From: an uncultured Chloroflexia bacterium | GTDB taxonomy: Bacteria; Chloroflexota; Limnocylindria; Limnocylindrales; CSP1-4 | Direction: 5' to 3' | Assembly: GCA_963752475.1 (NCBI GenBank) | Contig: CAVVYR010000007.1 | Location: forward strand, 128,001 to 192,000 | Length of the DNA: 64,000 nucleotides | Shown here: one piece after another, positions 1 through 15,474 of the stretch | How the letters are laid out: each line of letters opens with the position of its first letter | Position numbering within the stretch: position 1 is the stretch's first letter | Made by a program: the position numbers and the translations under genes | The notes under the pieces: model-generated | Told to the model about the DNA's origin: nothing | Databases searched by the model: none | The model's input: only the letters and a program-made list of their open reading frames with translations

Positions 1-58
1 GTTACGGAGGAGTCATCCAGCCCGATCTGGACACGGAAGACAAACCGCCGCTCTGAAT

Positions 59-89
59 GACCCGGGAATGTGCCCGGGTCTTGTGTTTG
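59..89 (+). terminator. Intrinsic-terminator-like hairpin upstream of rpsA
   Basis: GACCCGGG(59-66)/CCCGGGTC(73-80) 8-bp stem, 6-nt loop, followed by TTGTGTTTG. Confidence 0.5.
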
Positions 90-129
90 CTCGACGGGCG
101 GGAGCTTATCGACCAAGGAGACCAAAGAC

Positions 130-2515
130 TTGACCGTAGAAGAGCCGAAGACCACCGATACCGAGAACGCCGCACCCGCGGAAGAGACAGCGACCGACGC
201 CGCCGAGGCTGCAGCCACGGACGCCGCACCTGTCGAGGCCGCAGAGGAGGCCGCGTCCGAGTCTGGTGAGCCGGCCGCTGCCGTAGAGGCAGAGACCCCC
301 GCGCCCGAGACCCCCGCCGAGCCTGAGGCTCCCGCTGAGGAGGCCGCTGCCGAGCCGGCTGCCGAAGCCACCGCTGACGCCCCCGCCGACGAGGCCGCTG
401 CCGAAGCCACCGCCGACGCACCTGCTGAAGAGGCTGCTGCTGAGCCGGCTGCCGAAGCCACCGCTGACGCCCCCGCTGACGAGGCTGCTGCTGAGCCGGC
501 TGCCGAAGCCACCGCTGACGCACCTGCTGACGAGGCTGCTGCCGAGCCGGCTGCCGAAGCCACCGCTGAAGCACCTGCTGAAGAGGCCCCTGCCGAAGCC
601 ACCGCCGACGCCCCCGCTGAAGAGGCCGCTGCCGAGCCGGCTGCCGAAGCCACCGCCGAGGAGGCCCCGGCCGAGGCTGCTGCCGACGCTCCCGAGGCCC
701 CCGCGGAGGAGCCGCCGGCGCCGCCGGTTGACCTCGGTCCCGAGCCCACGACCATGGAGGAGCTCCTCGCGGAGCAGCCCGGTGACATCCCCAGCCTCAA
801 GCACGGCGATGTCGTCGAGGGCAAGATCGTGCGCATCGACAAGGACGAGATGCTCGTCGATGTCGGCGCCAAGTCCGAGGGTGTGGTCAGCAATCGCGAG
901 CTCTACGGTCGCAACGCCGAGTCCCAGCCTGAGCTGAACGTCGGCGACACGATCCTCGTGTACGTGCTCCAGCCGGAGTCCACCGACGGGCACGCCGTCC
1001 TCTCCGTCCGCCGCGCCGGGCTCGAGCGCAAGTGGCGTTCGATGCAGGAGCAGTTCGACGAGGGCGTCATCATCGAGGCCCCGGTCATCGACCACAACAA
1101 GGGCGGCCTCATCGTCGACTGCGGCATCCGCGGCTTCGTGCCGATCAGCCAGATCGTCGACTTCCCGCGCCGTCCGCAGAACGACCAGCCGCGTGACGCG
1201 GCCCAGGAGATCGCCGAGAAGCTGCAGCCCTACGTTGGCCGCAAGCTGCGCCTGAAGATCCTCGAAGTCAACCGCAAGGCCAACCGCCTCATCCTTTCGG
1301 AGAAGGTGGCGCTGTACGAGGAGCGCCGCGAGAAGCGCGACGAGCTCTTCAGCAGCCTCGAGACCGGTCAGAAGGTCAAGGGCACCGTCCGTTCCATCGC
1401 CCCGTTCGGCATCTTCGTCGACCTCGGCGGCATCGACGGTCTCGTGCACAAGAGCGAGCTGTCCTGGAACAAGGTCAACAACCCCGAGGGTTCCCACGAG
1501 GTGGGCGACGAGGTCGAGGCCGAAGTCATCGACATCAACCACGAGCGTGGGCGCATCAGCCTTTCCATCCGCCGCCTGCTGCCCGATCCGTGGCAGTCGA
1601 CGGTCGCGGACCTCAAGGTCGGCGACGTGGTCGAGGGCACCGTCACCAAGATCGTCAACTTCGGCGCCTTCGTGCGGGTCAAGGACGGCCTGGAGGGCCT
1701 CATCCACATCAGTGAGCTTTCGCACCAGCGCGTGGCCCATCCGGGCGACGTCGTCCACGAGGGCCAGACGCTGAAGCTGAAGATCATCTCCCTCGACTCC
1801 GAGCGCCATCGCCTGGGCCTTTCGCTCAAGCAGGCCGAGGAGGCTCCGTCACGTCCGCCGCGCGAGCGCCGGTCCCGTGGCGATCGCGGGGGTTTCGACC
1901 GCTCGCAGGCCATCCAGGAGCCCGAGGGCGGCATCGACAACACCCTTGCCGCTGCCTTCGCCCAGGTCCGTCAGCAGATCGCCGAGCAGGATGCCGCCGA
2001 GACCGAGTCCCCGCCGGCCGACGCCACCGCCGAGGCTGAGGCACCGGCCGCCGAGGTCGAGGCTCCTGCCGATGAGGCATCGGCTGAGGCCCCTGAGGCA
2101 CCGGCCGCCGATGAGGCTCCTGCTGCCGAGGCTGAGGCCCCTGAGGCACCGGCCGAGGCTGAGGCGCCCGCAGAGACCCCTGAGGCAACGGCCGCCGAAG
2201 AGGCTCCTGCCGAGGCTGAGGCCCCTGAGGCACCGGCCGAGGCTGAGGCGCCCGCAGAGACCCCTGAGGCACCGGCCGCCGAAGAGGCTCCCGCCGAGGC
2301 CTGAGGCCCCTGAGGCACCGGCCGAGGCTGAGGCGCCCGCAGAGACCCCTGAGGCACCGGCCGCCGAAGAGGCTCCTGCTGCCGAGGCTGAGGCCCCTGA
2401 GGCACCGGCCGAGGCTGAGGCACCGGCCGAGGCTGAGGCGCCCGCTGAGGAAGCCCCCGCTGAGGAAGCCCCCGCCCCCGAAGCCGCCGAGGAGGAGCAG
2501 AAGCCAGAGGCCTAG
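130..2515 (+). CDS. rpsA: 30S ribosomal protein S1 (four S1 domains) with long acidic Ala/Glu/Pro N- and C-terminal extensions; apparent +1 frameshift near 2300
   Basis: S1-domain motifs (GDVVEGKIVRID, NKGGLIVD-GIRGFVPISQ, FGIFVDLGGIDGLVHKSEL, FGAFVRVKDGLEGLIHISEL). SD AAGGAG 115-120 precedes TTG 130. ORF as given stops at TGA 2302-2304, but the repeat continues in another frame to TAG 2513-2515. Confidence 0.93.
340..660 (+). repeat. Coding tandem repeat, ~51-bp unit (EAAAEPAAEATADAPA[D/E]) with shorter variants, in the S1 N-terminal tail
   Basis: Repeated gccgagccggctgccgaagccaccgctgacgc units. Confidence 0.85.
2113..2450 (+). repeat. Coding tandem repeat, ~84-bp unit (EEAPAEAEAPEAPAEAEAPAETPEAPAA), in the S1 C-terminal tail
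   Basis: Units start at 2197, 2281 and 2366 (periods 84 and 85 bp). Confidence 0.85.
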
Positions 2516-2535
2516 CCCTAGCCCTGCTCACCGGG

Positions 2536-2560
2536 CCCGGGCCACGGACCGTGGCCCGGG
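2536..2560 (+). terminator. GC-rich hairpin after rpsA, probable terminator or stabiliser (no U-tract)
   Basis: CCCGGGCCACGG-A-CCGTGGCCCGGG perfect inverted repeat. Confidence 0.5.
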
Positions 2561-2699
2561 GCATCACCGATATCGCACGAACGCCACGCGTCGCGTTGCT
2601 CCACGAGAGCTGCGGCAGCGTGGCGTCGTCATGTGTGACGACAGCGTGACGGTCCGGTTCGCCCCGGGGGGCTCCAGCGGCCGGTCACACGAGGTGCGG

Positions 2700-2708
2700 T
2701 GGTAGCAT
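2700..2708 (+). promoter_or_regulatory. Putative extended -10 promoter for clpC
   Basis: TGGTAGCAT (TGn-TAnnnT) ~50 nt upstream of ATG 2758. Confidence 0.4.
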
Positions 2709-2757
2709 GACCCGACGGCCGCAAGGGGCCGCCTGTACCGGAGTCGTCGCTACCCCC

Positions 2758-5250
<2,493 letters not shown>

Positions 5251-5253
5251 GCC

Positions 5254-6693
5254 GTGGCGCGCTCCAAGGCCGCCAGCGAGTACGTCTGCCAGTCCTGTGC
5301 CGCGACCTTTCCCAAGTGGGAGGGGCAGTGCCGTTCCTGTGCCGCCTGGAACTCTCTCGTCGAGACGCTGATCAGCCCTGCCGAGCGCCGGTCGGGCGTG
5401 CGTGCGCGGGCCGCATTGCCGGCCGCTGCTGAACCGCGGCCCCTGGGCTCGCTGCGGGCCGAACGCATCGAGCGTCGACGGACCGGTATCGACGAGGTCG
5501 ATCGCCTGCTCGGTGGTGGCTTCGTGCCCGGCGCGGTCATGTTGCTCGGCGGTGAGCCGGGCATCGGCAAGTCCACACTCGTGCTCCAGCTCGCCGGTGC
5601 GCTCGCTGCCACGGCCGCCGCTGCGGACGCTGATGCCCGCGTGCTCTACGCCAGCGCCGAGGAATCCGCCACTCAGCTCCACCTGCGCGCGGAGCGTCTG
5701 GGCCTCGTGGGCGGGCCGGCGGATGGCGCCCTCAGCGTCATCGCCGGCACCGACGTCGCGGCCGTCATCAGCGCGGCCTCGGCCGAACCGCCGGCGCTGC
5801 TCGTCGTCGACTCGATCCAGACCGTGGAGGTCGACGGGCTCGACGGTCCACCCGGTTCGGTGGGCCAGGTGCGCGAGGCTGCACAGCAACTGGGTGCCTT
5901 CGCTCGCGAGGCCGGCGTATCGGTGCTGCTCGTGGGCCACGTGACCAAGGACGGTACGCTGGCCGGCCCGCGTACGCTCGAGCACCTCGTCGACGCCGTG
6001 CTCATGCTCGAGGGCGATCGCTACGGCTCGCTGCGTCTACTGCGCGCGCTCAAGAACCGCCACGGCTCGACCGAGGAGGTCGGGGTCATGGAGATGACCG
6101 CCAGCGGCCTGCGCGAGGTCCAGGACACCGCCGCGGCCTTCCTCGGCAGCGGCAGCCGGGAGGGTCCCGGCGTGGCCGTTGCCGCCATCCTCGAGGGCAG
6201 CCGCCCGCTGCTGGTGGAGGTGCAGGCGTTGGTCGCGCCCGCCGGCGGCATGGGTCCACCCCGGCGCACCGTGGCCGGGCTGGACACCAACCGCCTGGCC
6301 CTGCTCATCGCGGTGCTGGCGCGTCGAGGCGGCGTCGATGTCAGTGGCCGCGACGTCTATGCCAGCCTGGCCGGTGGCCTGACCGAGACCGAGCCGGCGC
6401 TCGACCTGCCGCTGGCGCTTGCCATCGCCTCCTCGCAACGCGACCGAGCCCTGCCCGCTGACACCCTGGTCTGTGGCGAGGTCTCGCTGCTGGGGGAGGT
6501 TCGTCCCGTGAAGGGGCTCGACCGTCGCCTGCGCGAAGCTGCTCGCCTCGGGTTCCGTCGCGCCATCGTGCCCGCCGGTCGCTCAGGCTCCTCAGGCGCA
6601 CCGCTGCCGAAGGATCTGGAGCTGCTGCGCGTGGCCACGCTCCGGGACGCGCTCGAGATGGCGATGGGTGAGCCGACTGGTACCTCTGGGTAG
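5254..6693 (+). CDS. radA: DNA repair protein RadA/Sms
   Basis: N-terminal CQSC...CRSC zinc finger, GGEPGIGKST, KNRHG motif, Lon-like C-terminus. Confidence 0.95.
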   Translation: MARSKAASEYVCQSCAATFPKWEGQCRSCAAWNSLVETLISPAERRSGVRARAALPAAAEPRPLGSLRAERIERRRTGIDEVDRLLGGGFVPGAVMLLGGEPGIGKSTLVLQLAGALAATAAAADADARVLYASAEESATQLHLRAERLGLVGGPADGALSVIAGTDVAAVISAASAEPPALLVVDSIQTVEVDGLDGPPGSVGQVREAAQQLGAFAREAGVSVLLVGHVTKDGTLAGPRTLEHLVDAVLMLEGDRYGSLRLLRALKNRHGSTEEVGVMEMTASGLREVQDTAAAFLGSGSREGPGVAVAAILEGSRPLLVEVQALVAPAGGMGPPRRTVAGLDTNRLALLIAVLARRGGVDVSGRDVYASLAGGLTETEPALDLPLALAIASSQRDRALPADTLVCGEVSLLGEVRPVKGLDRRLREAARLGFRRAIVPAGRSGSSGAPLPKDLELLRVATLRDALEMAMGEPTGTSG

Positions 6694-6733
6694 TGGGCCA
6701 CCCTGACGCCCCTTCTGGTAGCGTTCTGTGGCC

Positions 6734-7804
6734 ATGCTGAGGTTCATCCGCCTGCTCGGGGGTGCCCTGGGGGTCATCCTTGGGATCACCCTTGCCGGGT
6801 TATCCGACACGCTCTCGGATCCATCGACCGAGGGCCGTGTGCTGCTGCTTGCCTGGGCGCTCGCCTGGGGCGTCGTCGGGTTCTCGATCATGCCCTACAT
6901 CACGGTCACGCCCGCTCGCTGGCTCATGCGCGCCGTCACGGACATGTCGACCGACGAGTTCGTGGCCGCGGTGGTGGGCCTCATCCTCGGCCTGCTCATG
7001 GGCTTCCTGCTCGGTCTACCGCTCACCAGCCTCGAGATGCCCATGGGCATCCTGCTGCCGGTCGGCATCTCGATCGTGATGGCGCTGGGCATGATGGGTC
7101 TGACCGTGGCCAAGCGCCACGACCTGCTCGACGCGCTCAACGAGCTGGGCTTGCGCCGCGGCCGCGGCAGCGAGGGTGACGAGGATGCCGACGAGCACTT
7201 CGAGCAGGTCACCTACGTCGACACCAGCGCCATCATCGACGGCCGCGTGGTGGACGTGGTGGCATCCGGCTTCCTCGGTGGCCTGATGGTGGTGCCCCGC
7301 TTCGTGCTGGGTGAGCTGCAGCACATCGCTGACGACTCTCACCCCGGCCGCCGTAACCGTGGCCGCCGCGGAATGGACGTACTCTCGGTGCTGCAGAAGG
7401 ATCACCGCATCGAGGTCGAGATGAGCGCGGAGGACGACCCCGGTGCCACCACCGTCGACACCAAGCTCGTGGCCCTGGCGCAGAAGCGCAAGGCGGCCAT
7501 CCTGACGACCGACTACAACCTCAACCGCGTGGCCCAGCTGCAGGGCGTGCGTGTGATGAACCTCAACCAGCTGGCCAACGCGCTCAAGCCGGCCTTCCTG
7601 CCCGGCGAGGAGCTGCGCGTGAAGGTCATCCAGGAGGGTAAGGAGCCCGGCCAGGGCGTGGCCTTCCTGGATGACGGCACGATGGTCGTGGTCGAGGGTG
7701 GCAGCGATCACATCGAGCTCGAGCTGGACGTGACGGTCACGCGCATCCTGCAGACGGTCGCAGGCCGGATGATCTTCGCGGAGATGGCACCGACTGAGAC
7801 CTGA
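6734..7804 (+). CDS. Membrane-anchored PIN/TRAM domain protein (YacL-like)
   Basis: About four N-terminal TM segments, DTSAIIDGR PIN motif, TTDYNLNRVA, GKEPGQGVAFLDDGTMVVVE TRAM domain; conserved position radA-yacL-ispD. Alternative GTG start 6728. Confidence 0.9.
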   Translation: MLRFIRLLGGALGVILGITLAGLSDTLSDPSTEGRVLLLAWALAWGVVGFSIMPYITVTPARWLMRAVTDMSTDEFVAAVVGLILGLLMGFLLGLPLTSLEMPMGILLPVGISIVMALGMMGLTVAKRHDLLDALNELGLRRGRGSEGDEDADEHFEQVTYVDTSAIIDGRVVDVVASGFLGGLMVVPRFVLGELQHIADDSHPGRRNRGRRGMDVLSVLQKDHRIEVEMSAEDDPGATTVDTKLVALAQKRKAAILTTDYNLNRVAQLQGVRVMNLNQLANALKPAFLPGEELRVKVIQEGKEPGQGVAFLDDGTMVVVEGGSDHIELELDVTVTRILQTVAGRMIFAEMAPTET

Positions 7805-7850
7805 CCGGCGCCGACTGACGAGAACGCTCCGGGCACGGCACACTACCGCG

Positions 7851-9004
7851 GTGACACGACACGATGTGGCTGACGCGGTCATCGTGGCCGCGGGCAGCAG
7901 CCGCCGCATGGGCGGCGGAGACAAGCTCGGGATGACCATCGGCGGCCGGTCCATCTTGCGCCGGACCGTGGAGGCCCTGGCGGCCGCGCCGGAGATCGAC
8001 CGTCTCATCCTGGTCACGGTCGCTGAGCGCGTCGAGGAGCTGCGTGATACGCCGTGGCTGCAGGAGCACAAGGCCACGGTGGTGCCCGGTGGGCGCCGAC
8101 GACAGGATTCGGTGGCCGAGGGCGTTCGCGCAGCCAGCGCCCCCATCGTGCTCGTACATGACGGTGCTCGGCCGCTCGTCTCGGCCGGCCTCGTCTCGCG
8201 CGTGGTGGAGGGCGTCCAGCGCCATGGGGCGGCCATCCCCGCCCTGCCGGTGGTGGACGCGCTCAAGCGTGCCGAGGGCGAGATCATCACCGCCTCGGCC
8301 GAGCGCAGCGGGCTCTATCGGGCGCAGACACCCCAGGGTGCGCGCCGGGAGTTGCTCCTGGCCGCCGCCGAGGCCCACGCCCACGCCGACGATGACATCC
8401 CCGATGAGGCCGACCTGCTGGAGCGTGCAGGGGTGCCCGTGGCCATCGTCCCGGGCGACCCCGACAACATCAAGGTGACCCTGCCCGAGGATCTGCGGCT
8501 AGCCCGCCGGCTGGCCGGCGAGGAAGCGCTCACGCGCGTGACCATGGGCACCGACAGCCACCCCTTCGGTACCGAGGACGGCCTGCGCCTCGGCGGCCTG
8601 CTGGTCGAGGGCTCGCCTCGACTGCACGGGCACAGCGACGGCGACGCCGTGCTCCACGCGCTGTGCGATGCGCTGCTTGCCGCATCCGCTGGCGGTGACC
8701 TGGGCCGGCTCTTCCCGTCAGGGGAGCGGCACACACGTGGCATCGACAGCCGCGAGCTCGTGGCCGAGGTCATGCGTCGCTTCGACGGCTCGAGTCAGCG
8801 GCTGTCTGGGGTCGACGTGACCATCCTGGGCGCACGACCACGGCTGGGCGGCGCACGCCTCGACCAGATGCGCGCGATCATCGCCGAGCTCGTGGGCCTG
8901 GACCGTGCTCGAGTGTCGGTCAAGGCCGCGACCGGTAACCTCAGTGGAGACGAGGGCGCCGGACGCGTCATCAGCGCGACCTGCCTCGTGAGTGTGGTGG
9001 CCAC

Positions 9005-9008
<4 letters not shown>
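7851..9008 (+). CDS. ispDF: Bifunctional IspD/IspF (MEP isoprenoid pathway)
   Basis: IspD motifs AAGSSRRMG, VHDGARP, QTPQ, NIKVT; IspF motifs GTDSH, HSDGDAVLHALCDALL, GDLG. Confidence 0.9.
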
Positions 9009-10398
<1,390 letters not shown>

Positions 10399-10402
<4 letters not shown>

Positions 10403-12027
10403 CCATGGCCGACGAGCGAGAGGAACGACCGAACGACCAACGACCCGCCGAGGACAAGCCCGATCGTGGCAAGCCCGACGGAGGAGCACCCTACGAACGC
10501 AAGCCCTACGGCGGCAAGCCCGGCGGGAGCAAGCCCCACGGGGGCCGACCCGCTGGTGGCAAGCCCTATGGCGGCAAGCCTGGCGGGACCAAGCCCTACG
10601 GTGACCGGCCGGGCGGCAAGCCCTACCGCGGTGGGCCCGGTGGCCGGCCCCCTGGCGGCCGCCCCGGTGGCAAGCCCTACGGCGGCCGACCCCCTGGCGG
10701 CAAGCCCTACGGCGACCGGCCCGATGGCGGCAAGCCCGACGGCCGCAAGCCGTACCAGGGTCGCCCCGACGGCGACAGGTCCGGCGCCCGGCCCGACGAC
10801 CGGCCGCGCGGAGACGGACCGCACCAGGGTCGTCCGCCCCAGGGTGGCCCACGACACGAACGCCGCGTCGAATACAGCCAGCGGGATCGAGGCCGAGGAC
10901 CACGCCAGCAGGGCCGTCCCTGGGACCGCGATCGCGGGCCGCGTCGTGGCGGCGGGAGCGGGTGGGATCGCCGCGATCACGCCATCCCGCCGGGTCCTCC
11001 GCGCGGCCCGGCACCGTCGGAGGTGCTCGGCGAGGAAGAGGAGATCGTGGCCGGCCGTCGGCCGGTGGAAGAGGCCTTCGCCGCTCGACGCGAGGCGGTG
11101 CGCCTGCTGGTCGTGCCCGAGCGCCGTGCCGCCCTCGATCAGTTGGTCCTGCACGCCACGACCCTGCGTATCCCCGTGGTCGAGGTGGAGGGCGGCACCA
11201 TCACCGCCGTCAGCGGCTTCGACGGCCATCAGGGTGTGGCCCTCGTGGTCGCACCGCGGCGATGGGCCACCATCGATGATGTGCTGGCGCTGGCCAAGAC
11301 ACGTGGGGAGCCGCCCTTCGTGCTGGCGCTCGACCATCTCGAGGACCCGCAGAACGTGGGCACCCTGCTGCGCTCTGCCGAGGCCTGCGGCGTGCACGGC
11401 GTGCTCTTCCCGACCAAGGGCGCCGCGCCCATCAGCCCAGCCGCGATCAAGACCTCGGCCGGTGCCGTGGAGCATCTGCTGCTGGTGCCCATCCCGGACC
11501 TCGCCTCCGGTCTCGTCGACCTGCATGCCCGTGGCCTGCGCGTGGTGGGCGCGGATGGTGACGCACGTCTGACGGTCCGTGAGGTCGATATGCGCGGACC
11601 CATCGTCATCGTCACCGGCTCCGAAGGCCGGGGCCTCAACGCTCGAGTGCGCAAGCGCGTGGACCTCATGGCGCGCATCCCCATGCGCGGCAAGGTGGCC
11701 TCGCTCAACGCCTCGGTCGCCGGCTCGGTCTTCCTGTTCGAAGCGGCCACCCAGCGCGACCTGCCCGAAGCCGAGCTGCCTGCCGAGGGGGCGGGGGAGC
11801 CAACGGCGCCCGACCTGGCCGCCGAGCCCGACGCGGCCGCCGGGCCCTCCGACACGGCACGAGCGGAGGACTCTACCGACGCCGAGTCAGCCGAGGCCGC
11901 CGAGGCGCCCGCGGCCCCGGCGGTGGCGGCCGAACCCGATCCGATCCCAGTCCCGGAGACCGAACCCGAGATCGGCGCTGACGACCTGCTGCCCGAAGCT
12001 CCACCACCACGCACGGACGGACGCTAG
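10399..12027 (+). CDS. rlmB: 23S rRNA (G2251-2'-O)-methyltransferase RlmB (SpoU/TrmH family) with Gly/Lys/Pro/Arg/Tyr N-terminal repeats and acidic C-terminal tail
   Basis: LDHLEDPQNVGTLLRSAEA, GSEGRG, IPMRGKVASLNASVA SPOUT motifs; follows cysS. Confidence 0.9.
10468..10780 (+). repeat. Low-complexity coding repeat GGKP(Y/H/D)G(G/D)(R/K)P in the RlmB N-terminus
   Basis: Many imperfect copies of ggcaagccctacggc. Confidence 0.8.
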
Positions 12028-12202
12028 CCCCCGCGGCTCGCGTCATGGGTCGCTCACTGGCTCACCCGGCCGCTCGATGCGGCCGCATCAGGACCCACCG
12101 CGGCGGCCCTGGCCGCAGCTGCCATCGAGCCCGAAGACCTGCTACCGGAGGCTCTGCCCCTGCCTGCGGCCGTGCCCCGGCAAGAGCCCTGACGGCCCAC
12201 GC

Positions 12203-12232
12203 TTGCGAGGTTCGTGGTTCGTGCTCTATCAT
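12203..12232 (+). promoter_or_regulatory. Putative sigma70-type promoter of the tRNA-tuf operon
   Basis: TTGCGA-18 nt-TATCAT, 11 nt before tRNA-Thr. Confidence 0.55.
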
Positions 12233-12243
12233 TCTGCGTCGCC

Positions 12244-12319
12244 GCCGACGTAGCTCAATTGGCAGAGCAGTGGTTTTGTAAACCACAGGTTCCGGGTTCG
12301 AGTCCCGTCGTCGGCTCCA
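12244..12319 (+). tRNA. tRNA-Thr(TGT)
   Basis: Acceptor GCCGACG/CGTCGGC, anticodon arm GTGGT-TT TGT AA-ACCAC, GGTTCGAGTCC T-arm, encoded CCA. Confidence 0.96.
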
Positions 12320-12387
12320 ATAACAGAGGACACTGTCTCCTTCTCACCACGAAGGCCTGGCCTTCCGGGAGGACGCAGGGGAACCAC

Positions 12388-12472
12388 GGGTAAGTTGAGC
12401 AGGTGGTGAGCTCCGCTGACTGTAGATCAGCCGTCTTCGACTGTGGGGGTTCGATTCCCTCCTTGCCCACCA
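12388..12472 (+). tRNA. tRNA-Tyr(GTA)
   Basis: Acceptor GGGTAAG/CTTGCCC, anticodon arm GCTGA-CT GTA GA-TCAGC, long variable arm, GGTTCGATTCC T-arm, A73, CCA. Confidence 0.93.
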
Positions 12473-12509
12473 CTCCGGTCCTCTGATAGAGCCCACAAAC
12501 GCCCAGCGC

Positions 12510-12584
12510 GCCCACATAGCTCAGTGGCAGAGCACTTCCTTGGTAAGGAAGAGGTCTTGGGTTCAAATCCCAATGTGGGCTCCA
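12510..12584 (+). tRNA. tRNA-Thr(GGT)
   Basis: Acceptor GCCCACA/TGTGGGC, anticodon arm CTTCC-TT GGT AA-GGAAG, GGTTCAAATCC, CCA. Confidence 0.96.
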
Positions 12585-12649
12585 CCTGATCACCTCCGAC
12601 CCGTCCGCCGACCCGGCGCGCGTCCTCGGGGGCCAAGCGGACGACGAGG

Positions 12650-13846
<1,197 letters not shown>

Positions 13847-13852
13847 TATCAA

Positions 13853-14017
13853 GTGGCAAAAGCCGAAAACCGGCCCGTCATCACGCTCGCATGCACCGAG
13901 TGCAAGGAGCGTACGTACACGACGGAGAAGAACAAGAAGAACGATCCCAGTCGTATCGAGCTGCGGCGGTACTGCCCTCGCTGCCGAACGCATACACTCC
14001 ATCGGGAGACGAAGTAG
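13853..14017 (+). CDS. rpmG: 50S ribosomal protein L33 (zinc-ribbon type); not in the ORF track
   Basis: Hand translation from GTG: [54 protein letters not shown]. Confidence 0.95.
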   Translation: MAKAENRPVITLACTECKERTYTTEKNKKNDPSRIELRRYCPRCRTHTLHRETK

Positions 14018-14035
14018 GGATCGGCAACCCAGCGT

Positions 14036-14112
14036 AGGCGCGTAGCTCAATTTGGCAGAGCACTGGTCTCCAAAACCAGGGGTTGTGGGTTCGAGTCCCG
14101 CCGCGCCTGCCA
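14036..14112 (+). tRNA. tRNA-Trp(CCA)
   Basis: Acceptor AGGCGCG/CGCGCCT, anticodon arm CTGGT-CT CCA AA-ACCAG, CCA end; canonical rpmG-trpT-secE position. Confidence 0.96.
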
Positions 14113-14150
14113 CCTAACCAGCAGCCAACCAAGAGGCAACGAAGAGAGAC

Positions 14151-14342
14151 GTGATCGGTAGGATCCGCCAGTACTTCCAGGAATCCTGGTCCGAACTGAA
14201 GAAGGTGACCTGGCCCACCAGGGAGCATGTCCGCAATCTCACGGTCCTCGTGTTCGTGATCAGCGGCGTGTTCGGCGTGTACATCGGCGTCATCGATCTC
14301 ATCTGGACATCGGTGCTCCGCTTCATCACGGAAACCTTCTAG
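14151..14342 (+). CDS. secE: Preprotein translocase subunit SecE
   Basis: [11 protein letters not shown] motif plus a single TM helix. Confidence 0.95.
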   Translation: MIGRIRQYFQESWSELKKVTWPTREHVRNLTVLVFVISGVFGVYIGVIDLIWTSVLRFITETF

Positions 14343-14923
14343 TGACCAGCTTCCTCGACCACCTCACGGAGGCCGCGCAGCCCGAGAAGCGCTGGTACGT
14401 GATCCACACCTACTCGGGCTACGAGAAGAAGGTCAAGACCAACCTCGAGCACCGCATCGAGACGATGGGCATGGAAGAGAAGATCTACCAGGTCCTGGTG
14501 CCAGAGGAGGATGAGATCGAGATCCGCGGCGGCCAGCGCGTCACCGTGCAGAAGAAGGTCTTCCCCGGCTACGTGCTGGTGGAGATGATCCTCGATCCCG
14601 AGTCCTGGTTCGTCGTGCGCAACACGCCTGGCGTGACCAGCTTCGTGGGTGGTGGCAACATCCCCGGCTCGCGCAACGAGCCGGTGCCCCTCGAGGAGCA
14701 CGAGGTCAAGCAGATCCTGCGGCAGATGGGTGTGGAGACGCCCAAGTACCGCGTGGCCTTCACCAAGGGTCAGTCGGTGCGCGTCACCGACGGTCCCTTC
14801 GCCGAGTTCATCGGCACGGTGGACGAGGTCAACCCCGAGCGCAACAAGCTCAAGGTCCTGGTCAGCATCTTCGGGCGCGAGACGCCCGTCGAGCTGGACT
14901 TCCTGCAGGTCGAGAAGCTTTAG
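14342..14923 (+). CDS. nusG: Transcription termination/antitermination factor NusG
   Basis: [41 protein letters not shown]. Confidence 0.98.
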   Translation: MTSFLDHLTEAAQPEKRWYVIHTYSGYEKKVKTNLEHRIETMGMEEKIYQVLVPEEDEIEIRGGQRVTVQKKVFPGYVLVEMILDPESWFVVRNTPGVTSFVGGGNIPGSRNEPVPLEEHEVKQILRQMGVETPKYRVAFTKGQSVRVTDGPFAEFIGTVDEVNPERNKLKVLVSIFGRETPVELDFLQVEKL

Positions 14924-14968
14924 CTCCGACCAGCACCGAACTTCAACGAGGTAGAACGAGACGCACAG

Positions 14969-15397
14969 ATGGCCAAGAAGATCCGCACCGTCCTGACCCT
15001 GCAGTTGCCCGCTGGCAAGGCCACCCCGGCCCCGCCCGTGGGTACCGCGCTTGGTCCGCACGGCATCAACATCGTCGAGTTCACCAAGTCCTACAACGAG
15101 AAGACCGCGGCCCAGAGCGGGCAGATCATCCCCGCCAAGATCACCATCTTCGAGGATCGCAGCTTCACCTTCATCCTCAAGACCCCGCCCGCAGCGGACC
15201 TGCTGCGCAAGGCCGCGGGCATCGAGAAGGGCTCCGGCGCGGTCGGCCGCGAAGAGCCCGTCGGTTCGGTGACCAAGGCGCAGCTGCTTGAGATCGCCGA
15301 GATCAAGAAGTCTGACCTCAACGCGGATGACCCCGAGATGGCCGCCCGCATCATCGGCGGCACGGCCCAGTCCATGGGCATCGAGGTCGTCGACTAG
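14969..15397 (+). CDS. rplK: 50S ribosomal protein L11
   Basis: [26 protein letters not shown]. Confidence 0.98.
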   Translation: MAKKIRTVLTLQLPAGKATPAPPVGTALGPHGINIVEFTKSYNEKTAAQSGQIIPAKITIFEDRSFTFILKTPPAADLLRKAAGIEKGSGAVGREEPVGSVTKAQLLEIAEIKKSDLNADDPEMAARIIGGTAQSMGIEVVD

Positions 15398-15474
15398 ATA
15401 GCACCCGCCCGCCGGCCGGAGCGGAACGGCAGCACCGCGGCGACGCCGCGCCGGCACGTCCACCCCGCGTACCA

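Noticed and set aside
1-56. GTTACGGAGGA resembling part of a c-di-AMP (ydaO) riboswitch
   Set aside because: Downstream conserved elements (GGGG..AAUC, CCCG.CAGCUAAC) are absent and the 5' context is cut off
2302-2304. In-repeat TGA in rpsA as a selenocysteine or readthrough site
   Set aside because: The continuation is in a different frame, and one extra base relative to sibling repeat units explains it
70-2757. Track starts at 70 (rpsA) and 2707 (clpC); similarly 16458 (rplJ), 26417 (rpsL), 54427 (acpS), 60064 (tsaE)
   Set aside because: These are longest-ORF starts; SD position and family N-termini support the downstream starts used here
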